From: an uncultured Eubacteriales bacterium
Lineage (GTDB): Bacteria; Bacillota; Clostridia; Oscillospirales; Oscillospiraceae
Length of the DNA stretch: 64,000 bases
NCBI GenBank assembly: GCA_900319635.1
Contig: ONPF01000014.1
Coordinates: forward strand, 21,009-85,008
Direction of reading: 5' to 3'
Both the position numbers and the translations under genes were made by a program. Numbering within the stretch: position 1 is the stretch's first letter; every line of letters starts with the position of its first letter. Below, piece after piece: positions 51,901 through 60,458 of the stretch. The notes under the pieces are model-generated. The model did no database searches. It saw only the letters and a list, made by a program, of their open reading frames with translations, and had not been told where the DNA came from.

Positions 51901-54627
51901 CCACTGAAGGCGGTAGCCATTTTGGGGCATCGCGCTGAAGATGAGGGTGTCCCCCACCTTGGGACTGCTGTCGTTGGGCAGCACGTAGCCGCCGGAGCCG
52001 GAGGAGTAGACGGAGCCGTCGGCATTCATGACGTAATTGGTCACAAAAACCCGGCGCTGCTGGGCCGCGGCCTCCGGATTCAGGGAGTACCAGGAGGTGA
52101 CCACGTGGATGGAGCCGTCGGAATCAAGGGTTTTGATCTCCACGCTGCCGTCTGTGAGCTCGATCTGGGTGTCCGCGGTGAAGACGTAGCCCTCGTTGGG
52201 GATCAGGTCAAACTCGGTGAAGTAGCGGCCGTCTGCGGTGAAGAAGCCGGCGGCCAGGCCGATGCCGCCGCTTTCCTGGTTGGCATAGTTGTACCAGATG
52301 GCGTCGGAGACGGTGAAGGGGGCGTTCTCAGGCAGATCGAAGACCACCGGGCAGCCCTGGGGATACTCGCCGCCCTCCTCGAACATCTGCACCATGAGCT
52401 CCGCCGTGGCGATGTTGGCGGTGGGAAGCTCAAACTCCTCGCCCACGATGTGCAGGCGCCCCTCGCTGTCCACGCTCAGGGTGCAGCCGCCGGAGAAGGC
52501 GACGTTGTTCGGATCCGGGTCGCTGGGGTCGCGATAGACCAGCAGGCAGTCGGTGTCCGCCTTCCAGTACCAGTGCTCATGGGGCTCCAGAACGATCTCC
52601 ACATAGTACTTGGCGCCGGGCCGGAAGCTGGCGGGCTCCTGACCCACGCAGCCGCTGCCCTCGCCGCCCAGCCAGCGGGCGGAGTACAGGTCATACCAGC
52701 TGCCCTCCAGGTTCCCGAAGTGGACCGTGCCGGTATTCTCCCCGGGCTGGGGGATGTCCAGGATGAGAGACATGCTTCTCGGCAGGGGCAGGACGGTACC
52801 CGTGGGCGTAAAGCAGACATAGAGCTCCAGCATGCCGTAATCCTCCGGAACGGTAAAGCTCATCTCCGGTGTGGCGTCGTAGCCCATGCGCACGCCGTCG
52901 TCATAGTAGACGTACTGGAGCTGATAGCCCGGGGCCGGGGTCGCGGTGACGGTCACCGTGTCGCCGGGGTGGGGGTTGGCCGGAGAATAGCTGGCCGTGC
53001 CGCCGACCACGTCGGGAATGATATGGTAGTTTGCGTCATAGACCTCCACCTCGAACACGACGGGGATGGCGCCGCCGGTGGGCTGTGCGGTGCTGGGCAC
53101 CTGCAGCAGGGGGCTCTTCACGGTGATGCTGCCGTCGGCGTTGGGCGTGGCGGTGAAGTCGCCGTCCGTGCTTCTCAGGATCGAGCCGTCGGGCAGGGTG
53201 AGCTCGACCAGGCAGTTGTCTGCGAAGGTCCAGCCGGGATTGGGTCTCAGGGTAAAGAGCGCGTAATAGTCCCGAACATCATAGAACCATCCGATGCAGT
53301 TTCCGTACTCGCTCCGCCAGGAGGCGTCCGTCACGGAAAAGGCGCTGGGAAAGATTGCCATGCTCGTCATGCTGAGATAGGGCGTGAGGACGGGCGCGGC
53401 CGGCAGGCTGGTATAGCCGGAGGCCGCGGGATTCTCCAGCTGCACCGCCAGCGCATAGCAGCTCCTGCTGCCGCCGTCCTTGACAAAGTAGGCCCGGAAC
53501 TCCATGTCCCGATCCGGCATGACGGCCTGCAGCGTATCGGTGACGTCCGCCACAGGTTCGTCGTCCGGCAGCGCAAACTGCACCGCCAGCAGCGTATAGC
53601 CCTCATTGGGCGTCACCGTGCAGGAGACGGTCGAGCCCTCCTGGGCGCAGCCGGTGCTGACTGTGATCGTGCCGCCGGTGAGGCTCGCGTCATAGTCGCC
53701 GTTTTCATCGTAGGTGAAGGTATTTGCATAGAGATTGTGCCAGCCCGCGGTTTCGGGAACGGTGTACAGGGGGCTTCGAATCAGCAGATTGCCGTTGAGC
53801 TGCCTGCTGACCGTAACAGCGCCGTTGGCGCTGCTGACCTTGCTGCCATTGGGCATGGTGAGCTGGATCTCCACGTTGGACACGCTGCTGGGAAAGGCCC
53901 AGCCGCTGTTGGGCGTCAGGACAGCTTCCACATAATAGCTCTTCCCGATCTGGAAGCTGGTGGGATTGGCGCCGCCCTCCTCCTTCCAGACAGCGCTCAC
54001 CACCGAGTAGGCGCCCAGCGCCGTGGGAGCGTTGTTGGTCAGGTCGGTATAGTACTTCGTCAGGCTCGCACCCACCGTTCCGCTGTAGCTGCCGCCCAGG
54101 CCGGGGGCGGCAATGCGCAGGGACGCGCCGCCGCAGGGCATGGTGCCGCTCTCCGCGATAAAGATGGCGAAGAAAGCGCAGTTCTCGTTCTGCATGGTGG
54201 CGCTCAGGGTCTCGGTCACGTCGGTCTTCGCGCCGCTGCTCGGGCCGAAGAACACCGCCACCAGCCGATACCCCGAGGCGGCCAGGGGCTTGCATTTCAC
54301 GGTCTGGCCGGAGGACGCGCTGCTTGCGCTCACGGTGACTGTGCCGCCGGTGAGACTCGCGTCATACACGCCTCTTTCGTTGTAGGTAAGGGCATGTCCC
54401 CGGAGGGAATAGCTTACCTCCGGTTCGTCCGCCGGGACCGGCGCCGCCTCCGGCTCCTCCGTCGGGTTGAGCTCTTCCGCAGGGGCGGGCTCTTCCGCAG
54501 GGGCAGGCTCTTCCGCCGGAGCGAGCTCCTCCGTCTCCGGCGCTTCCGCCAGCGCCGGGGCGGGCAGCAGACTGATCATCATCAGCAGCGCCAGCAGAAG
54601 ACTGCATACTCGCTTGGTGATTCTCAT
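48961..54627 (-). CDS. Secreted 1888-aa multi-repeat surface protein with beta-helix, B-repeat-like, LRR and C-terminal type-I dockerin modules
   Basis: Signal peptide MRITKRVCSLLLALLMMISLLPAPALA, a PAEE linker, six repeats of about 115 aa, G-rich beta-helix-like repeats, LRR (..LSGLKYFEELKTLSCYGNSLASLDL..) and a duplicated DxNGDGKVNNKDxTRLQRYLKG. Confidence 0.9.
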   Translation of the reverse strand: MRITKRVCSLLLALLMMISLLPAPALAEAPETEELAPAEEPAPAEEPAPAEELNPTEEPEAAPVPADEPEVSYSLRGHALTYNERGVYDASLTGGTVTVSASSASSGQTVKCKPLAASGYRLVAVFFGPSSGAKTDVTETLSATMQNENCAFFAIFIAESGTMPCGGASLRIAAPGLGGSYSGTVGASLTKYYTDLTNNAPTALGAYSVVSAVWKEEGGANPTSFQIGKSYYVEAVLTPNSGWAFPSSVSNVEIQLTMPNGSKVSSANGAVTVSRQLNGNLLIRSPLYTVPETAGWHNLYANTFTYDENGDYDASLTGGTITVSTGCAQEGSTVSCTVTPNEGYTLLAVQFALPDDEPVADVTDTLQAVMPDRDMEFRAYFVKDGGSRSCYALAVQLENPAASGYTSLPAAPVLTPYLSMTSMAIFPSAFSVTDASWRSEYGNCIGWFYDVRDYYALFTLRPNPGWTFADNCLVELTLPDGSILRSTDGDFTATPNADGSITVKSPLLQVPSTAQPTGGAIPVVFEVEVYDANYHIIPDVVGGTASYSPANPHPGDTVTVTATPAPGYQLQYVYYDDGVRMGYDATPEMSFTVPEDYGMLELYVCFTPTGTVLPLPRSMSLILDIPQPGENTGTVHFGNLEGSWYDLYSARWLGGEGSGCVGQEPASFRPGAKYYVEIVLEPHEHWYWKADTDCLLVYRDPSDPDPNNVAFSGGCTLSVDSEGRLHIVGEEFELPTANIATAELMVQMFEEGGEYPQGCPVVFDLPENAPFTVSDAIWYNYANQESGGIGLAAGFFTADGRYFTEFDLIPNEGYVFTADTQIELTDGSVEIKTLDSDGSIHVVTSWYSLNPEAAAQQRRVFVTNYVMNADGSVYSSGSGGYVLPNDSSPKVGDTLIFSAMPQNGYRLQWMTAARDSEQVGEDITDSLEFYVADEPGDVYVHAFFALADEPVTCSTVDLNVQLPAPGGNYSGLAPATVTLNAVNTSKYTVVSARWYELQEHGVGTPSSFVPGEQYCVEIILAPNPGWCFGDNPGAFLLFSDGTGMDSRFGEVTPYKRSDGNLVLTSNFITLPETEIDSVELSLDLPELGSSFEAESRLWATFYTPHVGEMYTLWKNGADQATGAKDSVTASFQPGCVYYATVRMHADQGYALTADTQVTLRNGLSFTTEYLTTDGSLWLHTESIEIPTESYQLSGSYVKFRLNDVEVTSARPGDYVVVRADITTQPEGVYLANVTSDDVELKQLTELTWGFAMPAKDVSVTGELLPQETYIFELEDGVHEMNAKDALWLFGEHEAGTRLERDLDDDGSNDIYIDFYDDGTARVLRCGNIYGDLEFHTPSGRIGTMIYRFGPERYDVYLGSVQVNADNKDDIPVLGGKASYDPDTCTLHLEGYTGSIGVLGQDTVDPDLTRLFSITASGDLTVTGSGVLLDDSLRGGISCGGNLTLDGDFVIYAWLHGIYAAGDLSVSGNVKVHNTTQVGVGVGGTLRVFLGSLRVETDEGIGVDCRGTVIVAGDLFTAAGEAGLQGGGEVRLVGGTLWASSRNDIGLICTGALNIQNGGMTAYGNIQAVEAGSISYPDTHFIRMPENGTVSGGTVIDPETGDPAQDVQITDRNPTIILGVKDLEGNEDVGGLVDFNDGDFQLEQSGSYPYGTWITVRARAAEGYRFDHWEDAYGGSPGEDSGNPEMDIGIFVDNALYAVFEKLLPIDETTFPDANFRAYILEQIDLDGDGWLSRAERQAVTSMDVSNKSIGSLSGLKYFEELKTLSCYGNSLASLDLTENPILLDAYCNGTRTENGTYAEYSGGTLGGLLRIDVNQKVVTGLEPDHIPGDINGDGKVNNKDVTRLQRYLKGEETEVVEAALDVNGDGKVNNKDLTRLQRYLKGEEVEIY
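48964..49143 (-). other. Dockerin module (two 22-residue Ca-binding-type segments)
   Basis: The nucleotide duplication is visible directly: 48975..49040 versus 49071..49136. Confidence 0.8.
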
Positions 54628-54701
54628 GGGAAAATCCTCCTTTTTCCGGCTGCGCCGCCAGCTCCGACCGCGCAGCGTTTTCTATACTTGAACCGCCAAT
54701 G

Positions 54702-54730
54702 TTTATACTTGCTCAATATTACTGTATCAA
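54702..54730 (-). promoter_or_regulatory. Putative promoter of the giant gene
   Basis: Minus strand TTGATA-17nt-TATAAA. GGAGG RBS before the ATG at 54627. Confidence 0.45.
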
Positions 54731-54780
54731 ATAAGAGAGGAAAAGTCCAGCAAATTTGTTGCAAAATTGCATCATTTTGT

Positions 54781-54818
54781 AAAAAACATGGCAGCCGGAT
54801 CCCTCAGACCCGGCTGCC
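54781..54818 (-). terminator. Intrinsic terminator after the oxidoreductase gene
   Basis: ggcagccgg..ccggctgcc, followed on the minus strand by atgtttttt. Confidence 0.75.
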
Positions 54819-54833
54819 GATGCAGCGTTCTTC

Positions 54834-56063
54834 TTATTCTTCGCCCGGCACGGCGTTCCCGGCAACATAGCCGGTGCACCAGGCGATCTGCAGGTTGAAG
54901 CCGCCGGTGTAGGCGTCCAGATCCAGCACCTCCCCGGCAAAGTACAGCCCCCGCACCAGCTTGGACTCCATGCTTCTGGGGTCTACTTCCTTCGTGCTCA
55001 CGCCCCCGGCGGTGACGATGGCCTCGTCGATGGGCCGGGTGCCGGAGACGGAGACCGGGAAGGCCTTCAAAAGCCGCAGCAGCGCCATGCGCTGTTCCCG
55101 GGTGATGTCATGCACCTTGGTCTCCCCCGGGATGCCGGAGAGCTCCACCAGCACCGGGATCATCGCCCGTCCGGCCAGCTCCCCCAGGGCGTTGCGAAAC
55201 TCCCGGTTGGAAAACTTCTGAAAATCCCGCAGCAGGCGGGCGTCCAGCTTCTTCTCGTCCAGGGCGGGCTTCAGGTCGATCTCCAGCCGGCAGGGCAGTT
55301 CCCCGATATGCCGCAGCTTGGCGCTGGCCGAGAGCACCAGCGGCCCCGAGACGCCGAAGTGGGTAAACAGCATCTCCCCCAGCTCCCGGAACACCAGCTT
55401 CCCCCTCTCGTAGGCGGAGAGGCTCACGTTCCGCAGGGAAAAGCCCTGCATCTGGGCGCACCAGGGATCCTCGCTCGTAAGCGGCACCAGGGAGGGGCGC
55501 CTGGGCGTCACCGTATGTCCCGCCTCCCGAGCCAGCCGGTAGCCCGTGCCGTCGGAGCCGGTCTTGGGATAGCTGAGGCCCCCCGTGCAGACCGCCGCCG
55601 CCCGGCAGGAGAGCTCCCCCTCGTCGGTAAGTACCCCGCACACCGCGCCGTCTTGGGTCAGAAGCCGCCGGGCCGATGTACGCAGCATCTGCACGCCCAG
55701 GCGGCGGCATTCCTTCACCAGGGCGTCGGCTATGTCGTTTGCGTTGTCGGAGACCGGGAAGACCCGGTTGCCCCGCTCGATTTTCAGCGGCACCCCCAGG
55801 TTCTCGAAAAAGGCCATGACCTCCCGGGTGCCGAAGCGGCTCATGGCGCTGTAGAGAAAGCGCCCGTCCCCGGGGATGTTGGCCATGAACTCCCGGATGT
55901 CACAGGCGTTGGTGACGTTGCAGCGACCCTTGCCCGTGATGCGCAGCTTCCGCCCCAGCTGGAGATTCCGATCCAAAATTGTGACGGAGAGCCCCCGCCG
56001 GGCGGCCATGACAGCGCACATCATCCCGGCAGCCCCGCCGCCGATGACCACAAGATCCGTCAT
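54834..56063 (-). CDS. HI0933/BaiN-like NAD(P)/FAD-dependent oxidoreductase
   Basis: MTDLVVIGGGAAGMM dinucleotide-binding motif and GKGRCNVTN. The start is trimmed to the ATG at 56063 (ATGA overlap with the rluB stop). Confidence 0.85.
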   Translation of the reverse strand: MTDLVVIGGGAAGMMCAVMAARRGLSVTILDRNLQLGRKLRITGKGRCNVTNACDIREFMANIPGDGRFLYSAMSRFGTREVMAFFENLGVPLKIERGNRVFPVSDNANDIADALVKECRRLGVQMLRTSARRLLTQDGAVCGVLTDEGELSCRAAAVCTGGLSYPKTGSDGTGYRLAREAGHTVTPRRPSLVPLTSEDPWCAQMQGFSLRNVSLSAYERGKLVFRELGEMLFTHFGVSGPLVLSASAKLRHIGELPCRLEIDLKPALDEKKLDARLLRDFQKFSNREFRNALGELAGRAMIPVLVELSGIPGETKVHDITREQRMALLRLLKAFPVSVSGTRPIDEAIVTAGGVSTKEVDPRSMESKLVRGLYFAGEVLDLDAYTGGFNLQIAWCTGYVAGNAVPGEE

Positions 56064-56770
56064 GTCTCCACCCCCAGCTTCCGCAGCTCCTCTTTTGTCA
56101 GCTCCCTCCACTGACCCGGGCGCAGATCGCCCAGCACAAGGCCGCCCTCCCGCACCCGGCAGAGCCGGGTCACGGTGAGCTCCGCCTGCTCGCACATCCG
56201 GCGCACCTGGCGGTTTCGCCCCTCGTGGATGCTGATCTCCAGCACGGCGCCCTCGGGTGTCGGCTCCAGCAGCTTCACCTTGGCCGGGTGGAGCCGGTAG
56301 CCGTCCAGCTCCATGGGCTGGCGCAGACGCTGGATCCCCGCCGCGGCGTCCCCCCGCACCCAGGTACGGTAGACTTTCTCCACCTCATGGGAGGGGTGCA
56401 TCAGCCGGTTTGCCAGGGCGCCGTCATTGGTCATGAGCAGCAGCCCCTCGGAGTCCATATCCAGCCGTCCTACCGGCACCAGGCGCTCCGGAATCTCACT
56501 GATCAGCTCGCTCACGTCCCGCCGCCCCTTTTCATCGTGGAGCGTGGTCACCACCCCCCGGGGCTTATGCAGCATGATGGTAAGCATTCTGGTCACGGAC
56601 GGCAGCGTTTTGCCGTCCACAAGGATGGTATCGGTCTCCGGATCGGCGCTGTCCCCGATGTGGGCGGGCAGGCCGTTCACGGTCACGCGGCCGGCCTCGA
56701 TGGCCTCCTCCGCCTTCCGCCGCGCCATCAGCCCGGAGGCCGCGATGATCTTTTGCAGTCGTTCTCTCAT
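56060..56770 (-). CDS. rluB: Pseudouridine synthase, RsuA/RluB family
   Basis: S4 domain (RLQKIIAASG..SRR-like) and the catalytic GRLDMDSEGLLL. The start is trimmed to the ATG at 56770 (ATGA overlap). Confidence 0.9.
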   Translation of the reverse strand: MRERLQKIIAASGLMARRKAEEAIEAGRVTVNGLPAHIGDSADPETDTILVDGKTLPSVTRMLTIMLHKPRGVVTTLHDEKGRRDVSELISEIPERLVPVGRLDMDSEGLLLMTNDGALANRLMHPSHEVEKVYRTWVRGDAAAGIQRLRQPMELDGYRLHPAKVKLLEPTPEGAVLEISIHEGRNRQVRRMCEQAELTVTRLCRVREGGLVLGDLRPGQWRELTKEELRKLGVET

Positions 56771-57828
56771 GTGTTCTTTCCTGTTTCTCCCAAAGTCTGG
56801 GTAAAGCGCAGCGGCACGCTGCCCAGCTCTACCCCGTCCCGGCATACGTGCACGCAGCCGCCGATCTCCCCGGCGCGCACCGGCGCCAGCACAAAGGGCG
56901 GCAGCTCCGCCGCTACCTTCAGCTCCGTGTCCTTCGGCAGCGTCAGCGTCAGCGGATCCGCCCGCAGGCGGATCTCCTTCTCCTCCGCCCCGAAGAGGGG
57001 CAGGGTGTAGCACAGCTGCGCGGTGACGTCGGCGCTCACATAACGGGCAAAGCCCCAGTCGTAGAGTGCCATGTGGTCGTTCCAGTCCTCCGGCGCGGAG
57101 AGGGTCACGCAATAGAGACGGGTGCCCTCCCGCTCGCAGCAGCTCACCAGGCAGCGCCCCGCCGCCCGGGTGTAGCCGGTCTTGCCGCCCAGGCAGCCGG
57201 GACAGCGCCAGAGCAGCTTGTTGTGGTTAACATAATATTGCCCATGGATCTCGGCCCCGCTCCGGCTCAGAATGGCGCAGAGCTCCGGCCGCTCCATGCA
57301 GGCGGCCATCAGCAGGGCCAGATCCGCCGCCGAGCCGTAGTGCTCCTCGTCGTCCAGCCCGTGGGGATTCACAAAATGGCTGTCCGCCATGCCGAGCTCC
57401 GCCGCCTTCTCGTTCATCCAGGCCGCAAAGCGCTCCTCGCTCCCGGCACAGTGCAGGGCCAGGGCCTGGGCCGCGTCGTTGCCGGAGGCCAGCAGCAGCC
57501 CGGTGAGCAGCTCCTCCACGGTATAGGTCTCCCCCGCCGCGAGATACATGGAGGAGCCCTCGATCTCGCAGCAGGCGGGCGGGATCTCCACCGTCTCATC
57601 CAGGCTGCAGTGCTCCGCCGCCACCAGGGCGGTCATGAGCTTGGTCGTGCTGGCGATGAGGCTGCGCTGATGGGCGTTCTTTTCGTAGAGGATCTGTCCG
57701 TCGGCTGTCATGAGCACCGCGCAGTCGGCGCTGAGCTCCGGGGCGGGCGTCTCCGTCGGAAGGCTCTGCCCGTTCAGCAGCAGGGCTGCCGCCAGCAGGA
57801 TCAGGATTTTTCGCACAATAAGCACCAC
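56767..57828 (-). CDS. D-alanyl-D-alanine carboxypeptidase (S11 peptidase, PBP5/DacB-like)
   Basis: Signal-like N-terminus, ASTTK (SxxK), SGN, KTGYT. Confidence 0.9.
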   Translation of the reverse strand: MVLIVRKILILLAAALLLNGQSLPTETPAPELSADCAVLMTADGQILYEKNAHQRSLIASTTKLMTALVAAEHCSLDETVEIPPACCEIEGSSMYLAAGETYTVEELLTGLLLASGNDAAQALALHCAGSEERFAAWMNEKAAELGMADSHFVNPHGLDDEEHYGSAADLALLMAACMERPELCAILSRSGAEIHGQYYVNHNKLLWRCPGCLGGKTGYTRAAGRCLVSCCEREGTRLYCVTLSAPEDWNDHMALYDWGFARYVSADVTAQLCYTLPLFGAEEKEIRLRADPLTLTLPKDTELKVAAELPPFVLAPVRAGEIGGCVHVCRDGVELGSVPLRFTQTLGETGKNT

Positions 57829-57870
57829 CTTTTTTAAGGTAGTGCTTATTATGGCGTGATCGTTTTCGAT

Positions 57871-58254
57871 TTATTTATCCTGCTGCTTGTTGATAAAGGC
57901 GTCCACCTTGTCCATCACCTGGGGCACCAGGTCGATGATGCGATCCACGGTGGTGCTGGCGGGCGGGGTGATGTTGATCATCCGCACCGTGCCTTCCTTG
58001 ATGACCAAAAAGCCGATGGGGTCGATCTTCACGCCGGTGGCGTTGCCGCCGCCGTAGGGCCGGTTGCCCTCCTTCTTGGGAGTAAACTCCACACCGCCGC
58101 CGCCAAAGCCCACGCTGATCCGGGAAATGGGAACCAGGGTGATGCCGTCGGGGGTATAGATGGGCTCGCCGACAACGGTGTCGACCTTGAGAATGTTCTT
58201 GACATTGTCCATGGTGGACTGCATGAGTTCGCCGATCGGGTTGATGTTATCCAT
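57871..58254 (-). CDS. ytfJ: Sporulation protein YtfJ (GerW family)
   Basis: VGEPIYTPDGITLVPISRISVGFGGGG signature. Confidence 0.9.
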   Translation of the reverse strand: MDNINPIGELMQSTMDNVKNILKVDTVVGEPIYTPDGITLVPISRISVGFGGGGVEFTPKKEGNRPYGGGNATGVKIDPIGFLVIKEGTVRMINITPPASTTVDRIIDLVPQVMDKVDAFINKQQDK

Positions 58255-59038
58255 TTGCTGCCATCCTTTCCTCTTCCTGTATGTTTTCTTTTTTCTCTTT
58301 CACAATCGTCAAATGCCCCTCTTCGATAGCAAGGGCAGGCTTCTCCGTCCCTTCCTTACTTCCAAGAGCGGCGGCTTCCGCCTTCTGCGCCTTTTCCAGG
58401 GCTTTTTTCTCCTTCTTTTTCCGGCGCTTGGAACGGATCAGAATCTTCAGCGCGCCGAAGAGCAGGCAGTTGATAACGCCGTTGAGGCGCCAGAGCGTGA
58501 TGGTCATGGCGAGGCCGCCCTCGAAGAAGGTCTTGTCCGCAGTGAAGTCCACATCCGTCCACACGCTGCAGTCCTTCACATGGAAGCGCTTTTTGCACAG
58601 CGGCGCCAGACTGGAGAGCGCGGCGTTCACCTTGCCGTAGGTCATGGCGGTGTCATAGGGATCGTCTCCCGCCGCGATGTAGTGCAGCACGAAGCGATCC
58701 ACCTTCCAGGCGCGGCCGAATTTGCCGATGCCCTTGAGAACGATGCGCAGCAGCTCCAGAAGCTCATCCCGGTTGAAGGGCAGGGAGCGCTTCTTCTTGG
58801 TCTTGGGCTCTTCTTCCTCTTCCTCGGGCTTTTTCTTCTTTTTCTTCTTCTTTTTCTTTTCCTTCTTGGGCTTTTTCTCCGCCTCCGGCTTCTTGGGCAG
58901 GATCTGGATCAGCAGCGCGCTGACCTTGGCCGAGAGGTGGAACTCGCCGCCCTCATTGCCCACGTCCACCCCGATGGGGATGAACAGGATCAGCAGAATG
59001 AGCGCAACGATGATGCCGAGGATGATCCATCCAACCAA
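58247..59038 (-). CDS. DUF2953-like sporulation-associated membrane protein with poly-Lys/Glu tract
   Basis: N-terminal TM segment. It is adjacent to and overlaps ytfJ (the ytfI-ytfJ arrangement in Bacilli). The family call is by recall. Confidence 0.7.
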   Translation of the reverse strand: MVGWIILGIIVALILLILFIPIGVDVGNEGGEFHLSAKVSALLIQILPKKPEAEKKPKKEKKKKKKKKKKPEEEEEEPKTKKKRSLPFNRDELLELLRIVLKGIGKFGRAWKVDRFVLHYIAAGDDPYDTAMTYGKVNAALSSLAPLCKKRFHVKDCSVWTDVDFTADKTFFEGGLAMTITLWRLNGVINCLLFGALKILIRSKRRKKKEKKALEKAQKAEAAALGSKEGTEKPALAIEEGHLTIVKEKKENIQEEERMAANG

Positions 59039-59044
59039 ATTTCA

Positions 59045-59656
59045 TCACTCCTTCGCCCCGTCCAGAACCTCCTCCATGGCGATCTGGTTCGGATCGGCGG
59101 CATTTTGCAGTTCATGAATCGCTTGCTGGAGCTTTTCCACGCCCTCGCTGCCGGCAAGCTCCGGCAGAGGCGGCAGCTGGCTTAGCTGGGATATGCCCAT
59201 GGTGCGCAGAAACACATCGGTGGTGCGGAAGAGGGCGGGGCGGCCCGGCGCTTCCAGCCGGCCGCAGATCTCGATGAGACCCCGCTCCGTCAGAGCGCCC
59301 ACGGTATAGGAGCTGTCCACCCCGCGCACCCGGTCGATATAGGCCCGGGTCACCGGCTGGTAGTAGGCCACGATCGCCAGCGTCTCCAGCGCGGACTGGC
59401 TGAGCATGGGCGGTCTGCGCTGCTCCAGCGCCTTGATCACGAAGGGAGCGTAGTCCGGGTCGGAGCACATCTGCAGCTTATCGTCCAGCCGCAGGATGCG
59501 GATGCCGCGCCCCTCCCGCTCATAGCGCTGGGCCAGCTCCTCCGCGATCTGCCCGAGCTCCTCCTCGTCCGTATCCAGCACCAGGGACAGACGCGCCAGC
59601 GGCACGCTCTCCCCCGCTGCAAAGAGTATCGCCTCAAGGGCGGCAGAAATATCCAT
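59045..59656 (-). CDS. scpB: Segregation and condensation protein B
   Basis: LEAILFAAGESV N-terminus, two winged-helix repeats and gene order after scpA. Confidence 0.9.
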   Translation of the reverse strand: MDISAALEAILFAAGESVPLARLSLVLDTDEEELGQIAEELAQRYEREGRGIRILRLDDKLQMCSDPDYAPFVIKALEQRRPPMLSQSALETLAIVAYYQPVTRAYIDRVRGVDSSYTVGALTERGLIEICGRLEAPGRPALFRTTDVFLRTMGISQLSQLPPLPELAGSEGVEKLQQAIHELQNAADPNQIAMEEVLDGAKE

Positions 59657-59663
59657 ATACTTC

Positions 59664-60449
59664 TTATTCCTCGATTTTTTCCAGGATCTCTTCCAGATCG
59701 GCGCCGGTGAGGGAGAGCAGATAACCCTGCTCCTCCCGCTCGATGTGGACGCCGCCCATGCTGCACAGCTCCAGCACGGACAGGAAGGTGGCTACGATCT
59801 CCGAACGGGAGGCGCAGCTCTGGTACAGCTCCTCCAGCGTGGCGGGGCTCCGCCGCAGCCGCTCCAGCAGCTCTCGGCTCTTGGAGCGCACGCTGTAGAT
59901 GATGCGGCTGGGGATGGCCTCGGCAAAGCGGTCTTCCTCCTCCGGCACCTTCACGCCCCGGGAGAACACCGCCCACAGCGCCTTCAGCAGATCCACCGGC
60001 TCGTGCCGGTACTCGTACTCCTTCGCGGTCTTCGGCAGCGGTTCGGGGAGCTTGGGAAAGTACAGCAAGCCCCGCTCCGAGGCGGCCTTCAGCTCCGGCA
60101 CCACCTGGCGAACCAGCGCCAGATTGTCCCTGGCCTTCAGCTGCTCCAGGGATTCCATCAGCACTTCCAGCTCTGAGACCTCTTCCTCGCTGGTCAGGAG
60201 GGTGCGGGTCTTGATATACAGCAGATGGGAGGCCATCTGTACAAATTCGCTGGCGATCTCCAGATCCATGCTCTGCATCTCGGCCATCCAGGCCAGATAC
60301 TGATCCAGGATCTCGGAGATCTTCAGGTCGCGGATCTCGATTTTATTCTTTTGCAGCAGCATCAGGATCAGGCTCAGCGGGCCTTCAAAATCCTGCAGCT
60401 CGTCTTTTTCGTGAACAATGCCTTCCAGGTGAAAATTGGGATTTTCCAT
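59664..60449 (-). CDS. scpA: Segregation and condensation protein A (kleisin)
   Basis: F.GPL.LLL.LL.K..I.I.D..I..I..QYL pattern and typical length. Confidence 0.9.
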   Translation of the reverse strand: MENPNFHLEGIVHEKDELQDFEGPLSLILMLLQKNKIEIRDLKISEILDQYLAWMAEMQSMDLEIASEFVQMASHLLYIKTRTLLTSEEEVSELEVLMESLEQLKARDNLALVRQVVPELKAASERGLLYFPKLPEPLPKTAKEYEYRHEPVDLLKALWAVFSRGVKVPEEEDRFAEAIPSRIIYSVRSKSRELLERLRRSPATLEELYQSCASRSEIVATFLSVLELCSMGGVHIEREEQGYLLSLTGADLEEILEKIEE

Positions 60450-60458
60450 TCTATCCCC

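Noticed and set aside
49627-54870. A 1747-aa plus-strand ORF, together with similar very long ORFs at 34784..37783, 32656..34668, 3059..4831, 14219..16585, 8211..10163, 20022..22109, 21994..24036, 61465..63264 and others.
   Set aside because: Each lies exactly antisense to a gene with clear family motifs. Their translations are low-complexity (G/A/H/D/V/L/R-rich), and they lack RBS context. These are typical shadow ORFs caused by G/C-rich third positions.
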